Numbered from the stretch's first letter, positions 37,453-49,683 are shown. The stretch: DNA of 64,000 nt from Heteronotia binoei (GCF_032191835.1 NC_083224.1:89900001-89964000), one strand, 5' to 3'. Notes: generated from the sequence alone by a model not told the origin. Numbers and translations are program-made.

Positions 37453-37730
37453 CTTGCCTGTGGTATTCTGGATTCATTTTGAGATGCTGATCATAACCTT
37501 TAAAGCCCTATATGGCCTGGGACCTATCTACCTTCAGGACCGCCTCTCCTCATATGTGCCCCAAAGAGCACAATGTTCAGGGTCCCAAAATCTTCTTCAG
37601 TTTCATGGACTGAAAGAAGTTCGATTTTCCATCACTAGAGCCAGAGCATTTTCAACAATAGGAATGCCCTTCCCAAAAACATCAGGGACCTCCGGGACCT
37701 GCCACAGTTCCGCCGGGCCTGTAAGACTGA
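37453..37730 (+). mobile_element. L2 3' fragment
   Basis: LIITFKALYGLGPIYLQDRLSSYVPQRA. Confidence 0.85.
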
Positions 37731-38117
37731 AGTATAGTGTCCAGATCACGTGATGTGATGGTATTGCTTTACTCTGCTCTGGTAAGACCTCACCTGGAGT
37801 ACTGTGTTCAGTTTTGGGCACCACATTTTAAGAAGGATATAGACAAGCTGGAACGGTTCCAGAAGAGGGCGATAAAGATGGTGAGGGATCTGGAGACCAA
37901 GTCCTATGAGGAAAGGTTGAAGGAGCTGGGGATGTTTAGCCTGGAGAGAAGGTGGCTGAGAGGTGATAGGATCACCAACTTCAAGTACTTGAAGGGCTGG
38001 AAGGTAGGACCAGAACCAATGGGTTGAAATTAAATCAAAAGAGTTTCTGGCTCAACATTAGGAAGAACTTCCTGACCATTAGAGCGATTCCTCAGTGGAA
38101 CAGGCTTTCTTGGGAGG
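37731..38117 (+). mobile_element. CR1 3' fragment; tail resumes at ~39097-39148
   Basis: [29 protein letters not shown]; GATTCTATGATTCTA tail at ~39135. Confidence 0.9.
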
Positions 38118-38149
38118 TAGGCTAGGGGAAGGCCTGGATATAAATTTGA

Positions 38150-39090
38150 TAAAATAAAGTTTTTCAAAGTTTGCCTTTCTGAAGTCTAATCTGTAAGTCT
38201 GACTACGTATAGCTTTCCCCTTCCCTAAGACTGTAAATTCTAAAATCACATGGTCACTACTGCCAGGGTGTCCACTATTTCCACTTCTTCAATCCATTCT
38301 TCCTTGTTGGTGAGAATCAGGTCCAAGATAGCAGATCCCCTTGTTTCTTTCTTCACTTTCTGGAAAAGGAAGTTGTCAGCAAGACAAGTCAGGAATCTAT
38401 TTGACTTTTCATTTTTAGCAGAGTTGGACTTCCAACAGATGTCTGAGTAATTGAAATCTCCCATGATCACTATGACCCTTCTCTTGGAGAACTTTGCAAT
38501 CTGTTGTAGGAGTATCTCATCCAAGTCCTCTGCCTGGCTTGGTGGTCTATACCATAATATCACTGTTTTTTTCTTACTTTTATTTTTACCCAGACTCTCA
38601 GCTGAGCTGCCATGTTCAGATTCACGTATTTCCTCACATGTATATACCTCCGTCACATATAACGCTATGCCTCTGCCCTTTCTCATTTGTCTGTCCCTTT
38701 TAAATAAGTTGTACCCCTGAATCCTAAATTCCAGTTGTGTCATCCCACCAAGTTTCAGTAAGGCCTATTATGTCAAAGTCTCCTTCCTGTATTAGGTCTT
38801 CCAGTTCATCCTGTTTGTTTCCCATACTCTGTGCATTAGTGTAGAGACATCGGAATCCACGTTTTATACATCCCGAGGGTTTATTTTCCATACAAACCTG
38901 CAAGTTCACATCATCTAGCGTATGTGCCATTCTCTGCAGATCTTTAATGTTCTTATCCCCAGTTTCTGGTATTATATGAGGCTTTGAATTATTGTCTTGC
39001 TCCCCCATACAATTTAGTTTAAAGCCCTCCTTATTAGGTTAGCAAGGCTGTTACAAAACACCCTTTTCCCTACTGTCGTAACGTGCAAAC
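38150..39090 (-). mobile_element. CR1 ORF1-end/ORF2 endonuclease fragment
   Basis: CLYTNAQSMGNKQDELE...[33 protein letters not shown]. Confidence 0.92.
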
Positions 39091-39289
39091 CATCTCCCAA
39101 TAGATGACCCTGGAGATCCCTTTCAACTCTTACGATTCTATGATTCTAATAGCCCAATATGATTAATAAAAGAATAATATAAAGATAATCCAGTCAATCA
39201 ATCCAAATCCATAATGTAATCAAGAGGTATTTAATTAATTAATTCACTATCTCCTATACAGAATTAAAATACAATTTTGGGGGGGGCAC

Positions 39290-41100
39290 TATGTGATTTA
39301 ATGGTGTATTTCTTCTGAACCAGTGCAAACATCATAAGGATCCATGAGGATTCATAGTCTGGAACCATGCATGTGTTCCATGGTGTTGTCGCTAAGCCGT
39401 AGAGCAAGCTATGCCCATGGACATATCTTATGGTGTGTTTTATGGTATGTTTGGGTGACTGAATGCAAAGACTTTGAGGACCCAAGAGGATCTGTGCTTC
39501 AGTACGATCTTTTGGCAGAATGGTGTAATCATGAACTCATGGATCCAAGACATTTCTGATGTAAACCATTATCATCATATGTGATATGATGGGAGTATTG
39601 GGGTCATCCAACGCAAAAACTCCAAAGATCAACGAGAATCCATGGTAAAACATGTTTTTACAGCATGGCTTCTCAAAGAAAGTGTGGATGTATAATTTCT
39701 GTGGCGCAAGTTGTGCCATGGATATGATACTATATTTGATGGTGATGTTGTGGTGACTCCAAGTAAAACCCCAGAGGATGCATGGGGATCCATGTTTCAA
39801 AACCATATTTTGGCTCCATGATAGTGACAAGAAGCTGTGGATCCATGAATTCTATGGTGCAAACCCTGCCCATGGACATCATATGTGACTGGATGGTGAG
39901 CTTGGGATGATGCAAAGCAAAAATCATGAGGATCCGTGAGAAAACATGCTTCAAAACCATGGTTTGGCTCACTGGTGTTGCCACAAAGCCATCCATCAGT
40001 GATTTCTGTGGTGCAAGCTGTGTGGCGGCCCAAAGCAAAAATCATTAGGATACATGGTCTGGAACCATTTTTTTGGGCCAAGGTGCTACCATGAAGTCGT
40101 GGATCCATGATCTCTGTGGTGCAAACTCTGCCCATAAACAGGATCTGTGATTTGATGGTGATGCTAGGATGTCCCAAAGCAAATATCATGAGGATCCATG
40201 GTTCAGAACCTTGTTTTTGCTCTGTGGTTTTGCCACATGGATCCATGATTTCTGTTGTGTGAGCTCTGCCCAAGGACATTATATCTGATTTGATTGTGAA
40301 TTTGGCTGGACCCAAAGCAGAAATCATGAGGAACCAGCAGGATCTGTGGTCCAAAAACAAATTCTTGGTCCTTGGTACTTCCACCAAGTCGTGGATCCAC
40401 GATTTCTGTGGTGCAAACTCTGCCCATGGACATATCTGACTGGATGGTGATCTTGGGGGAATCCAAGGCAAAAATCATGTGCATCCAAGAGGATCCATGG
40501 TCCAAAACCAAGCTTTGGTCCCTGGCGCTGCCACGAAGCCATGGATCCACGATTTCTGTAGTGCAAATTCTGCCCATGGACATGATATGTGATTGGATGG
40601 TGAGCTTGGGGGCATTCAAAGCAAAAATCATGGGAACCATGAGGAGCCGTGGTCCAAAACCAAGTTTTTGGTCCCTGGCGCTGCCACGAAACCGTGGATG
40701 CACGTTTTCCGTGATGCAAACTCTGCCCATGGACATGATATGTGACTGGATGCTGATCTTGGGGTAATCCAAGGCAAAAATCATGTGCATCCAAGAGGAT
40801 CCGTGGTTTGGAAACATGATTTTCCACTGCTGTGGTGCCACAGATTCGCGGAGGCATTTTTCTGGTGCTGCGTATAGTCTAATACAGGATCTATAGCGTG
40901 ATGGTGGTTTGATTTCATTTCACCGTAAAAATCATATGAATTCATGAGGATCCGTGCTTTGGAACCCTTTTTGCACTGGTGAAGCGCCACGAATCTGTGG
41001 AAGCATGATTTTTGTGGTCCTGCCTATAGTCTAAGACAGGATCTATAGAATTACAGTGGTTTGATTTCATTTCAATGTAAAAATCATATGAATTCATGAA
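39290..41100 (-). repeat. Right arm: ~12 copies of the same ~154-bp unit, inverted
   Basis: 41057-41100 is the exact reverse complement of 31299-31342; the two variant outer units correspond arm to arm; decays inward. Confidence 0.95.
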
Positions 41101-42235
41101 TTCTCTCCCCGATGTTATTTAACATCTATATGCGACCTCTTGCCCAGATTGCCCGAAGGTATGGGCTGGGGTGTCACCAGTATGCTGATGACACCCAGCT
41201 CTATCTACTTATGGACGACCGACCTGTCTCCGCCCCAGAAAATCTAGATCGGGCATTGCAGGCCGTGGCTGAGTGGCTCAGACTGAGTGGACTGAGACTG
41301 AATCCTGCGAAGACAGAGGTCCTTTGTTTGGGCCGTCGTGGACCGGAGGGGGAAATCCCCCTGCCGACTTTTGACGGTGCGCCGCTGACGGCGGCGGACA
41401 GGGTCAAGAGCCTGGGGGTGCTGTTGGAGCCGTCCCTAAAGATGGAGGCTCAGATAGCAACCACTGCCAAGTCCGCGTTCTTTCATCTTAGACGGGCAAG
41501 GCAATTGGCCCCCTTCCTGGACCGCGACGACCTAGCAACAGTGATCCATGCTACGGTCACCTCGAGATTGGATTACTGCAATGCCCTCTACATGGGGCTG
41601 CCCCTGTGCCGGACCCGGAAATTGCAGCTGGTGCAGAATGCCGCGGCCCGGCTGTTATTGGGCCTCCCAAGGTGGGGGCACATCCGGCCGGGCCTTCGGG
41701 CTCTGCACTGGCTTCCAATAACATACCGAGTCTGGTACAAGGTGCTGGTCATTACCTTTAAAGCCCTATATGGCCTGGGACCTGCCTACCTGAAGGACCG
41801 TCTCTCCCCACACGTTCCCCAGAGAGTACTGAGGTCTGGGACTCAAAACCTTCTCACCATCCCCGGGCCCAAGGAAGTCCGTCTCAAGACAACCAGAGAC
41901 AGGGCCTTTTCTACAATGGCCCCCACATGGTGGAACCAGCTGTCGGAAGAGGTGAGGGCCCTGCGGGATCTTACTCAGTTCCGCAGGGCCTGTAAGACAA
42001 CCCTCTTCCCGTTAGCTTATGCCGACTAGATAAATGTAGCTTATCAGATTTTAGTGAAATATACTGGATAGTTTTAATGTTAAGATTTTAAGGTTTTTAG
42101 GTTTTTTAAATGTTTTGACTTTTAAATGTATTAACTTTGTACCTTGTTTATTGTTTTGTCGTTGTTGTGAGCCGCCCTGAGCCACTTTGTGGGAAGGGCG
42201 GGATATAAATTATAGAATAAATAAATAAATAGAAT
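41101..42235 (+). mobile_element. Young 5'-truncated L2 LINE
   Basis: Open 305-aa frame 41112-42029 with HQYADDTQLY; L2 3' stem and (AATA)n tail. Confidence 0.95.
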
Positions 42236-42521
42236 AAATTGCAGTTTTGTGTTTATTTTTCTATGCAACTGATTATAAGGTGAGGGGGTTGGTTGCTCCT
42301 GAGGTTACAGAACCCTGTGAATGGAATTACCCAATAGATTATCTCAATCCTCCAGGATCCCTCCCCAAAAAATGTGAATTTATTTCAATGTCATATTAAT
42401 GTCAGCTGATATTGACTAGTGTCAGCTATCTCAGTTCCATGATTACTTTTTAGGATATTACTGCCAGGCAGAGACTCTTGGTGACAATTTAAAATTTATT
42501 TCTGTGGATTTATAGTCTCTT

Positions 42522-42805
42522 GGAGAGCCAGTTTGGTGTAGTGGTTAAGTGTGCGGACTCTTATCTGGGAGAACCGGGTTTGATTCCCCACTCCTCCACT
42601 TGCACCTGCTAGCATGGCCTTGGGTCAGCCATAGCCCTGGCAGAGGTTGTCCTTGAAAGGGCAGCTGCTGTGAGAGCCCTCTCCAGCCCCACCCACCTCA
42701 CAGGGTGTCTGTTGTGGGGGAGGAAGGTAAAGGAGATTGTGAGCCGCTCTGAGACTCTTCGGAGTGGAGGGTGGGATATAAATCCAATATCTTCTTCATC
42801 TTTTT
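42522..42805 (+). mobile_element. tRNA-derived SINE with L2 tail (Squam3-like), full length
   Basis: GGTGTAGTGGTTAAG A box, GGGTTTGATTCCCC B box, TGTGAGCCGCTCTGAG L2-type tail, (CTT)n end. Confidence 0.88.
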
Positions 42806-43630
42806 CTTTCCCTAATTGGGCTCAAAATGTCTCTCATTTGGCTAAGAAGACACCGAAACAGTCTGTTTACCAAATCTGAGGTTCCTTCTCCCTGCAACAC
42901 TTTGGAGTGTTGTTTTGTGCTAAAGGAAAGACAGTGGGCCTCACAGTCTATCAGGATGTTTTGATGCTTATACAATCTGAAGAGAAACCAGAGGGGGCAA
43001 GATGACAACCTGAGCAGACACTTGCCATTATACTCCTCGTGCCTTTCAATAAGTATTCTTTTTCCCATGGTGGTGAATAACTGTTCAAATTCAGTTTACT
43101 AACTGCTTCAGGCTGCCTCTTTGACTACAATAAGTGCTTTGGGTGTGTGGAGTGAATTGTTGTGTTTATAATTGCTTTGAACTCCAGGATTTCTTATGCT
43201 TACAGAAAACAAACTCGGTGAAAAACAAACCTGAAAATCAAGTCAGAAACCAAAAGATTGAGCAGCAAAAACATAAAATAAAATTACTTATTACAGTGCA
43301 CAAAAACCTAAGATTAAAAACAACACATATAGGATACAAATAAAAGCTGAGAGCATAGCATACGGCAACAAAGTGTAAGTTGCATATAAATTAAAATACT
43401 GGATCTCAATAATGGTTATGCATATATTAACCACAGGACCAAATGTGCTTCAGCCCAGAGAGCCTTCTTCAGTGATCTAAAATTGTACTAACACACTTAA
43501 TGTAAATATAAAATATATTTTCCTGGCGAAGCAGGTTGTAAATGAGTCTCTGAAAAAGTGTAGCTCCAAATAATAGTTATAAATCAGGCCTGCATATACT
43601 GAGGAGCCCACACTCATCAGAGATGGTAAC

Positions 43631-43799
43631 CAGGGCTTTTTTTGTAGCAGGAACTCCTTTGCATATTAGGCCACATACCCCTGATGTAGCCAATCCTCCA
43701 AGAGCTTACAGAGCCCACTGTAAGCTCCAGGAGGATTGGCTACATCAGGGGTGTGCGGCCTAGTGTGCAAAGGAGTTCCTGCTACAAAAAAGCGCCATG
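43631..43799. mobile_element. Palindromic hAT-type MITE
   Basis: CAGGGCTTTTTTTGTAGCAGGAACTCC...GGAGTTCCTGCTACAAAAAAG folds back on itself; relatives at 43809-44043, 59435-59592 and ~17300-17480. Confidence 0.8.
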
Positions 43800-43808
43800 A
43801 TTTGGTAT

Positions 43809-44043
43809 CAGCTTTTTTTGAGCAGGAACACACAGGAACGCAGTTCCGGCTGGCTTGGTGTTGGGGATGTGGCCTAATATGTAAATGAGTTCCTGCCAGG
43901 CTTTTTCCACAGAAAGCTGTGAAACAATGGTGACATCAGGAGGTGTGGTCTAATATGCAAATTAGTTCCTGCCAGTGACATCAGGAGTATGGTCTAATGT
44001 GCAAATGAGTTCCTGCTGGTTTTTTTCTACAAAAAAAGCCCTG
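43809..44043. mobile_element. Related MITE with internal ~55-bp repeats
   Basis: GGCCTAATATGCAAATGAGTTCCTG repeated three times; ends AAAAAAAGCCCTG. Confidence 0.7.
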
Positions 44044-44653
44044 GTAGCTATGAATGAACATTCTTTGTGTTACGCACACTGGAGATAAGAGCAGTGGCCA
44101 AGGACAGAGTTCAAATCATATTGGCTCTGTACTAAATTTTTAAAGCTTGCTGTTTTTAATCTTCAAAAGAAAATAGTTTTAAGTGATAGCACACCTAATC
44201 CTTGATTCAGAGTTAAATGTCTGCTTCTTCAAATGCTTTCCATAATGTAGTTTCCATTAAAATAAACAAAAGCAAGAAATGGGAGGTGGAGACATGGAAT
44301 TAAAGAATAGAATAGAGTAAGGTATGCATTCTATAAGTTCTCATGTGGGGTTTAAAGATAGGCAGGTTTGTGTGCTGTTGGCAGAAAGGAATCCTATGGG
44401 CCAGAGAGGAACCAGTATACATGTAGAACTGCTATGTCTAGTATATAGACCTTACTGGGAATCCTGAGAGTTGTTTTTACTGTCAGTGCAGCATTGTGAC
44501 TGAGCAAGCGAGTTCTAATCTACAGAAGTCATTGTGCCTGCTAAGGCTTTTCTATTGTTGCGGCCCTTAATGCATTATTTTGCATTTGCAGATCTTGAAC
44601 CCAATTCATTCTTGTCCTTGATTGGCTTCTGATGGGGGAACAAAGTCAGGCTA

Positions 44654-45178
44654 GCCAGATCTTGTTAGATCCAGGAAGCTAAGCAGGCCTGGTTAGTATT
44701 CAGATGGGAGACCACCAAGGAATACCAGGATTGCCACACAGAGGCAGGTGATGACAAATTACCTCTGAACATCTTTTGCCTTGAAAACCCTGCAGCATGG
44801 GTCCCCAACATGGTACCTGTGAGAGCTATGATGTATAACAGTTTTCCTGAAACTGCTAAATGTTTTTAGAAAGTGGGTGGGGCTGGGTGGCTTCTGATTG
44901 GCCGTTTGATATTTGACTGGCTGTGCAGATATTTAAAAAATACTTTTGGCAGCCACACCACCATAGCACAGAGGTCTTCACTGTGTGATTAAAGGTAGGC
45001 TGCAGCAGCAATTTTGTACCTGGCTCCCCCTCCTGTAGCAGCAATTGTAGTTTTGTGACTGTGCCTACCATGCTGTGTTAGAATTTCAAAGGTGCCCACA
45101 GGCTCAAAAGGCTGGGGACCTCTGCCTTATAGGGTTGCCATAAGTGAGCTGTGACTTGATGGCACTTTCCACCACCAA
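44654..45178 (+). mobile_element. 5S rRNA-derived SINE interrupted by a hAT MITE (~44793-45124)
   Basis: GGAAGCTAAGCAG...CCTGGTTAGTA...ATGGGAGACC..GGAATACC matches 5S internal promoter boxes; non-5S tail resumes at ~45128 (GGGTTGCCATAAGT...CACTTTCCACCACCA). Confidence 0.75.
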
Positions 45179-45933
45179 TGAACATTACTTAAGCAGTTCT
45201 GGGTATTTTGTGGCGGTGGGAACTTTTCCTTGAAGAATTCCAGTTAAATATCAGGCAGTTATTATGAAGGCAATGGGCAATTCAGAATCCATCGTTGGAA
45301 TTCATAGAAGCTGTCAGGCTGTTACCTTCAAGTTATAGCACAAAAAGATATCCTGGATTCTTTGCAATAAAGATACTTCTTGTTTATAGTGAGATAGATG
45401 TGTTAAGGTGCATCATACAAACCTGTTAAAACCTAAAGCTTGCCAAGCTAGAACATAGACTAGATCTTCTTTTTGGTGGATATGTGTTTTAAAGCACTCA
45501 GACACTTACATAGCACTCCTTTTTGTCAGTGTGTCTTCTTCTTAGATTCTCAGCATCTTTGAAGCATTGGAAATAGTGTCTCCAACAAGGGAGACTGGCT
45601 GGCTAAATAACAGGAGTTCTGCTTCCTACACACAAATCTTCATATTGGGAACAAACAGGCTTCCCCTTAGTCCACTAATAATTTGAAATAACTGGTTATC
45701 TTATTACAGGATCAGACTTCTGAATAACAGATAACTTGTGTTGATTTTTAAAATGCTGATAGTCTTGGGGGTTTTTCCCCTTGAGACATGACTATATCAT
45801 CATGCACTTGGATCCCCATTTGCTGTGTCATTCCCCAAAATTTAGAGAGCACAAAATGATTATACTGTCACTAGACTGAATCCCCATGAAAATTCTCACT
45901 AACTAGAGGGGGCATTTTGGGCTTCAATATAGA

Positions 45934-46050
45934 TTACTGGGGAAGGCAATGGCAAATCACCCTGTAACAAAAAAGTATGCCAAGAAAATATGTGACATCA
46001 CCCCATGGGTCAGTAATGACTCGGAGCTTGCACAGGGGACTATCTTTACC
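45934..46050 (+). mobile_element. Sauria SINE 3' half
   Basis: ACTGGGGAAGGCAATGGCAAA...GGGGACTATCTTTACC. Confidence 0.75.
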
Positions 46051-46283
46051 TTATGAAGAGGGAGGTGAGGAAGTCCCTTTTTGCTGTTGGAGATCTTTCT
46101 CATGTTCCAAGCCATTGAGATGTGGCCAGAAGGGTAAAGTAATCAAATGATCACTTAACCATGTGCTTATAAGGTTTTTTTTTTTTAAAAAATCACTTAT
46201 CCATGTTCCTAATCCAATCCACACAGCCCAACAAACAGGAAAGAATAGGTCAGACTGGCTGTCCAGCTTTGGAGTATCTGGAT

Positions 46284-46575
46284 AGGTAAAGATAGTCCCC
46301 TGTGCAAGCACCAGTCGTTTTCAACTCTGGGATGACGTTGCATCACGTTTTCATGACTGATTTTTTTACGGGGTGGTTTGCCATTGCCTTCCCCAGTCAT
46401 CTACACTTTCCCCCCAGCAAGCTGGGTACTTATTTTATCGACCTCGGAAGGATGGAAGACTGAGTCAACCATGAGCCGGCTACCTGAACACAGCTTCCAC
46501 TGGGATTGAACTCAGGTTGTGAGCAGAGCTTAGGACTGCAGTACTGCAGCTTTACTACTCTGTGCCATGGGGCTG
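46284..46575 (-). mobile_element. Sauria SINE, full length
   Basis: Reverse complement of the 10804-11098 family. Confidence 0.88.
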
Positions 46576-47202
46576 CTTAGGCATAGCACTAATTGTGAGA
46601 GGGTTCACCGTACTCCTGGTTAGGGGATAGGGATTACTCTTTACAACCCCCATGTATTACTGCATCCCCATGCTTATTGCAAAGAAGTAATTCCAGCAGG
46701 ACATATTTAATAAAGTGTATTTAAATGTATTTTGATGGATTTGGAGAGTCTTTTGGATAAGGCAGACCAGTAATGGGAATGTACCTTCTGTTACTCAGCT
46801 AGGAGCAATTGTGTTAATATGATTGTTAGTTCTAAAATAGATCTATGAGCTTAACTGGCCTTAGCCCATGTGCTGGCAGTTACTTTAAAGAAAACTGTCT
46901 CAAAGGGTATTTTAAATAAATATATTGGATTTTGGCCCTTCAGCACTGAAGGCCACCCCGACAGCTTATAGCTTCTCTGCTGACAGCACTTCTTGTGCTC
47001 AGAATATTAGCTTGCTCTCAGTTTGGTTTCCAACCCAGAGCTCTCCTCTCCCCTGTTAAATGGAAGAAATGAAATGCACTTCCCTGTTTTGATGGCAATT
47101 CACAAGAACAGGTTTTTCAGGCTATCACAGGAAGTATACACAGATGTCCAGAAAAGATTGGGTGGATGTATGGCTCTGAGGTAAATGAAATGTGTGTTTT
47201 AC

Positions 47203-47421
47203 TAGGGTTGCCAGGTCTGTGCTGGAAACTACTTGGAGAATTTGGGGGTGGAGCCAGGAGACGGCAGAGTTTGGGGAGGTAAGGGAGCCTCAGTATGGTA
47301 CAATGTCATAGAGTCCACCCTTCAAAGCAGCCATTTTCTCCAGGGGAGCTGATCTCTGCCAGCTGGAGGTCTATGCAAAAGTGGGAGATCTCCAGACCCC
47401 ACCTGGAGGCTGGCAACCCTA
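47203..47421. mobile_element. hAT (Blackjack-like) MITE
   Basis: Perfect 11-bp TIRs TAGGGTTGCCA / TGGCAACCCTA; no clear TSD. Confidence 0.8.
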
Positions 47422-47807
47422 CTGTAGAGGGATTTATTCCAGACTATAGCAGATAAGATTAGCATTTCATTAAAACAAAAATGGATGATCAATCCAAAAT
47501 GTATCTATTGCAGTTCAAGTATTCAATTCCATTATTAATCTGGATCCATTAAGCTTGATAAATTTACCATTTGGTCCATAGGCAAGACATGGCTTATACC
47601 TTTCAAAGCCTGAGGTATAAATCCCATTGTAAATATAACAGAAAAGAAAGCATGAGAATGGTTGCATTTAATAGATGTGATCTTACTAGAGTTCAGTGAA
47701 GCTGGGGCATTTAATGAAGAATCAAAAAGCAAAGCAGACTAAAGAATGAACTCAGATGCAAATTAACGCAAGCTGAAGGATGAAGGAAGGATGGCCTTGC
47801 AAAACTT

Positions 47808-47878
47808 TTAGTGATAGAAGATCCCACCATTCTCTTTGCGAGAGTATCCACTGTTGGTGGCTGCAGTGTGAGGACTCT
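47808..47878 (-). CDS. CFAP276: CFAP276 exon 5, last ([E]SPHTAATNSGYSRKENGGIFYH*)
   Basis: Matches human SPHTAATNGGYSRKKDGGFFST; ttttccccag acceptor, phase 1. Confidence 0.95.
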
Positions 47879-49358
47879 CTGGGGAAAAAAATTAAGAATG
47901 TCAACCTTTATTAAGTATTATAAATATTGAGAAATCTTCCAGTTAGAGTTCCAGGCAGCAGCATGCACCAGAAACTCTTACTTCCTTATACAGTGGAGAA
48001 AAATCCACTGAAACCTTTCTAGATGTTGAGGAAAATAACATAGATAATGAAGCTTTAAGTGAATGCATAAAACCAACATTATACTTCCATAATGACTACA
48101 ACAGGGGGTCTCTTCAATATTTTTTAGCTTGGGGGTACCTTTGGAACTCTATCATAGGATGCTTGGCACAGCTACAAAATGGCTACCACAGAAGGTTGAG
48201 CCAACTACAAAATGTCAGCGAATGAGATCATCCATAATTGTAACAGTATCACTTCAGCATTTTAGGCAGAAACTTTAACAGGATGCTTTTTAAAATTAAC
48301 ATATTGTTTTAAAATACTTTCTTGCATACACACAGTTCACCTTCAGTCACACAGTGAAGATCTTCATGCTGCAGTAGCAGCTGCTTCTGCAGCAACTTTT
48401 AAATCTGTACAGTCAGATCTTCAGTGGCCAACTGAAAGCCCTATTGAACAAAAGCCCCACCTGGCTCTGCCCATTTTCTAAAAACACTTGGCAGGTGCCA
48501 GGGAGACCCTGGTTTAAAAAAATGTTCCATCTGGGCAATAAGAAGAAATAATAGAATAGACATGCACTAGGCAGGGAACTAGAGATTCCAAACTGATCTA
48601 CTGCTTAACTTTTAAAAGAATTTTTTAAATCCCACCCATCTTAACTACACGCAACAGGTTTTTAGCATTGTTTCCCAAGAATTGCCAGATATTTTCAAAA
48701 TTTGTAGTTTGTATGGGAGCTACTGCATTCCTTTCAATAGATGGTCCAGTTGTACAAGCTAACTGAATATGTTTGTTTACAGTATGTATAGACTACTTTT
48801 CTCATTGGGACTCAAGGCAGATTTCACAGAAAAATTAATGCAATCAACAGGATGGGGCATCCAATAAACAATACAATAGGATTTGAATTTTAGGAGCCTA
48901 GAACCAAGCAGAAATATTTTAAAAACTGAAGCAAAATATAAGTATTATGAATATGCCCTGTTAAATTATGCAAAAATTACATTCTAGGATTCTACTTTTA
49001 ACAACAGACAGCACAAGCAATACATCATAATAAAACCTGCAGTCCCTAATGCTTTTCCCAAGAATTTTTCTGAGCGGCTCTGCTACAGAACTGCCTCATC
49101 TTCAATGTAGAAAAACCCTCTTGACTGTGTGTGTAATGGATATATGAAACATTACATACTGTTATTAAAAACCTATATACTCTTAACAGATAAGCTTAGG
49201 CTAGCAGAGGTGTCAGCACATTAATTAAAATTAAATAGAATCACTTGAAGAGGTCAGGTGTCTAAAAAATTAATTTGTCAGAAGATGGGGCTGATCACTT
49301 GGGGGAGAATCTTTTCTGAGATCCTAACCAGGGATATGCATGCACCAGCTGTACTTAC

Positions 49359-49492
49359 CAATGGCTCCCTCAAAGCTGTGGATTGACTCTTTTACTGGGT
49401 TGACCCAGTGTCTCACAGAAATGCCCTTAGAAGTGTGAGGCTGAACTGGAGGCACAGCACGTTCCTTCACAGACTGTAAACTCTTCAGAGCT
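49359..49492 (-). CDS. CFAP276: CFAP276 exon 4
   Basis: ...ISVRHWVNPVKESIHSFEGAI vs human IRHWINPKKESIHSIQGSI; phase 2 to 1, gtaagt donor. Confidence 0.95.
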
Positions 49493-49642
49493 CTGTAAGG
49501 CTCAAAGACACACAGAGAGAAAGAATTAGCAAAGATAATCAATATTATCAAAGATTTCAGGTTTTCACGGCTGGTAACATCATTAGGGTTTGTAGAATCT
49601 TTCGGGATCAAGTGCCGTGTTCTACTGGAGAAAGTTTTCCTT

Positions 49643-49683
49643 CCAGACGTTTCGCTCTCAGCTGCGGAGAACATCCTCAGTGG
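49643..49683 (-). ncRNA. Minimal type I hammerhead ribozyme motif (sense to CFAP276 pre-mRNA)
   Basis: CCA-CTGAGGA-T-GTTCTC-CGCAGCT-GAGAGC-GAAA-CG-TC-TGG: core CUGANGA/GAAA, 6-bp helix II, palindromic ACGT helix III, GUC cleavage triplet. Confidence 0.75.

Noticed and set aside
31388-40990. Dozens of overlapping repetitive ORFs in both arms (e.g. 224 aa at 39797-40471)
   Set aside because: Products of a stop-poor 154-bp unit rotating frames; present on both strands.
44654-44740. 5S rRNA gene
   Set aside because: Truncated, internally deleted and fused to a SINE tail.
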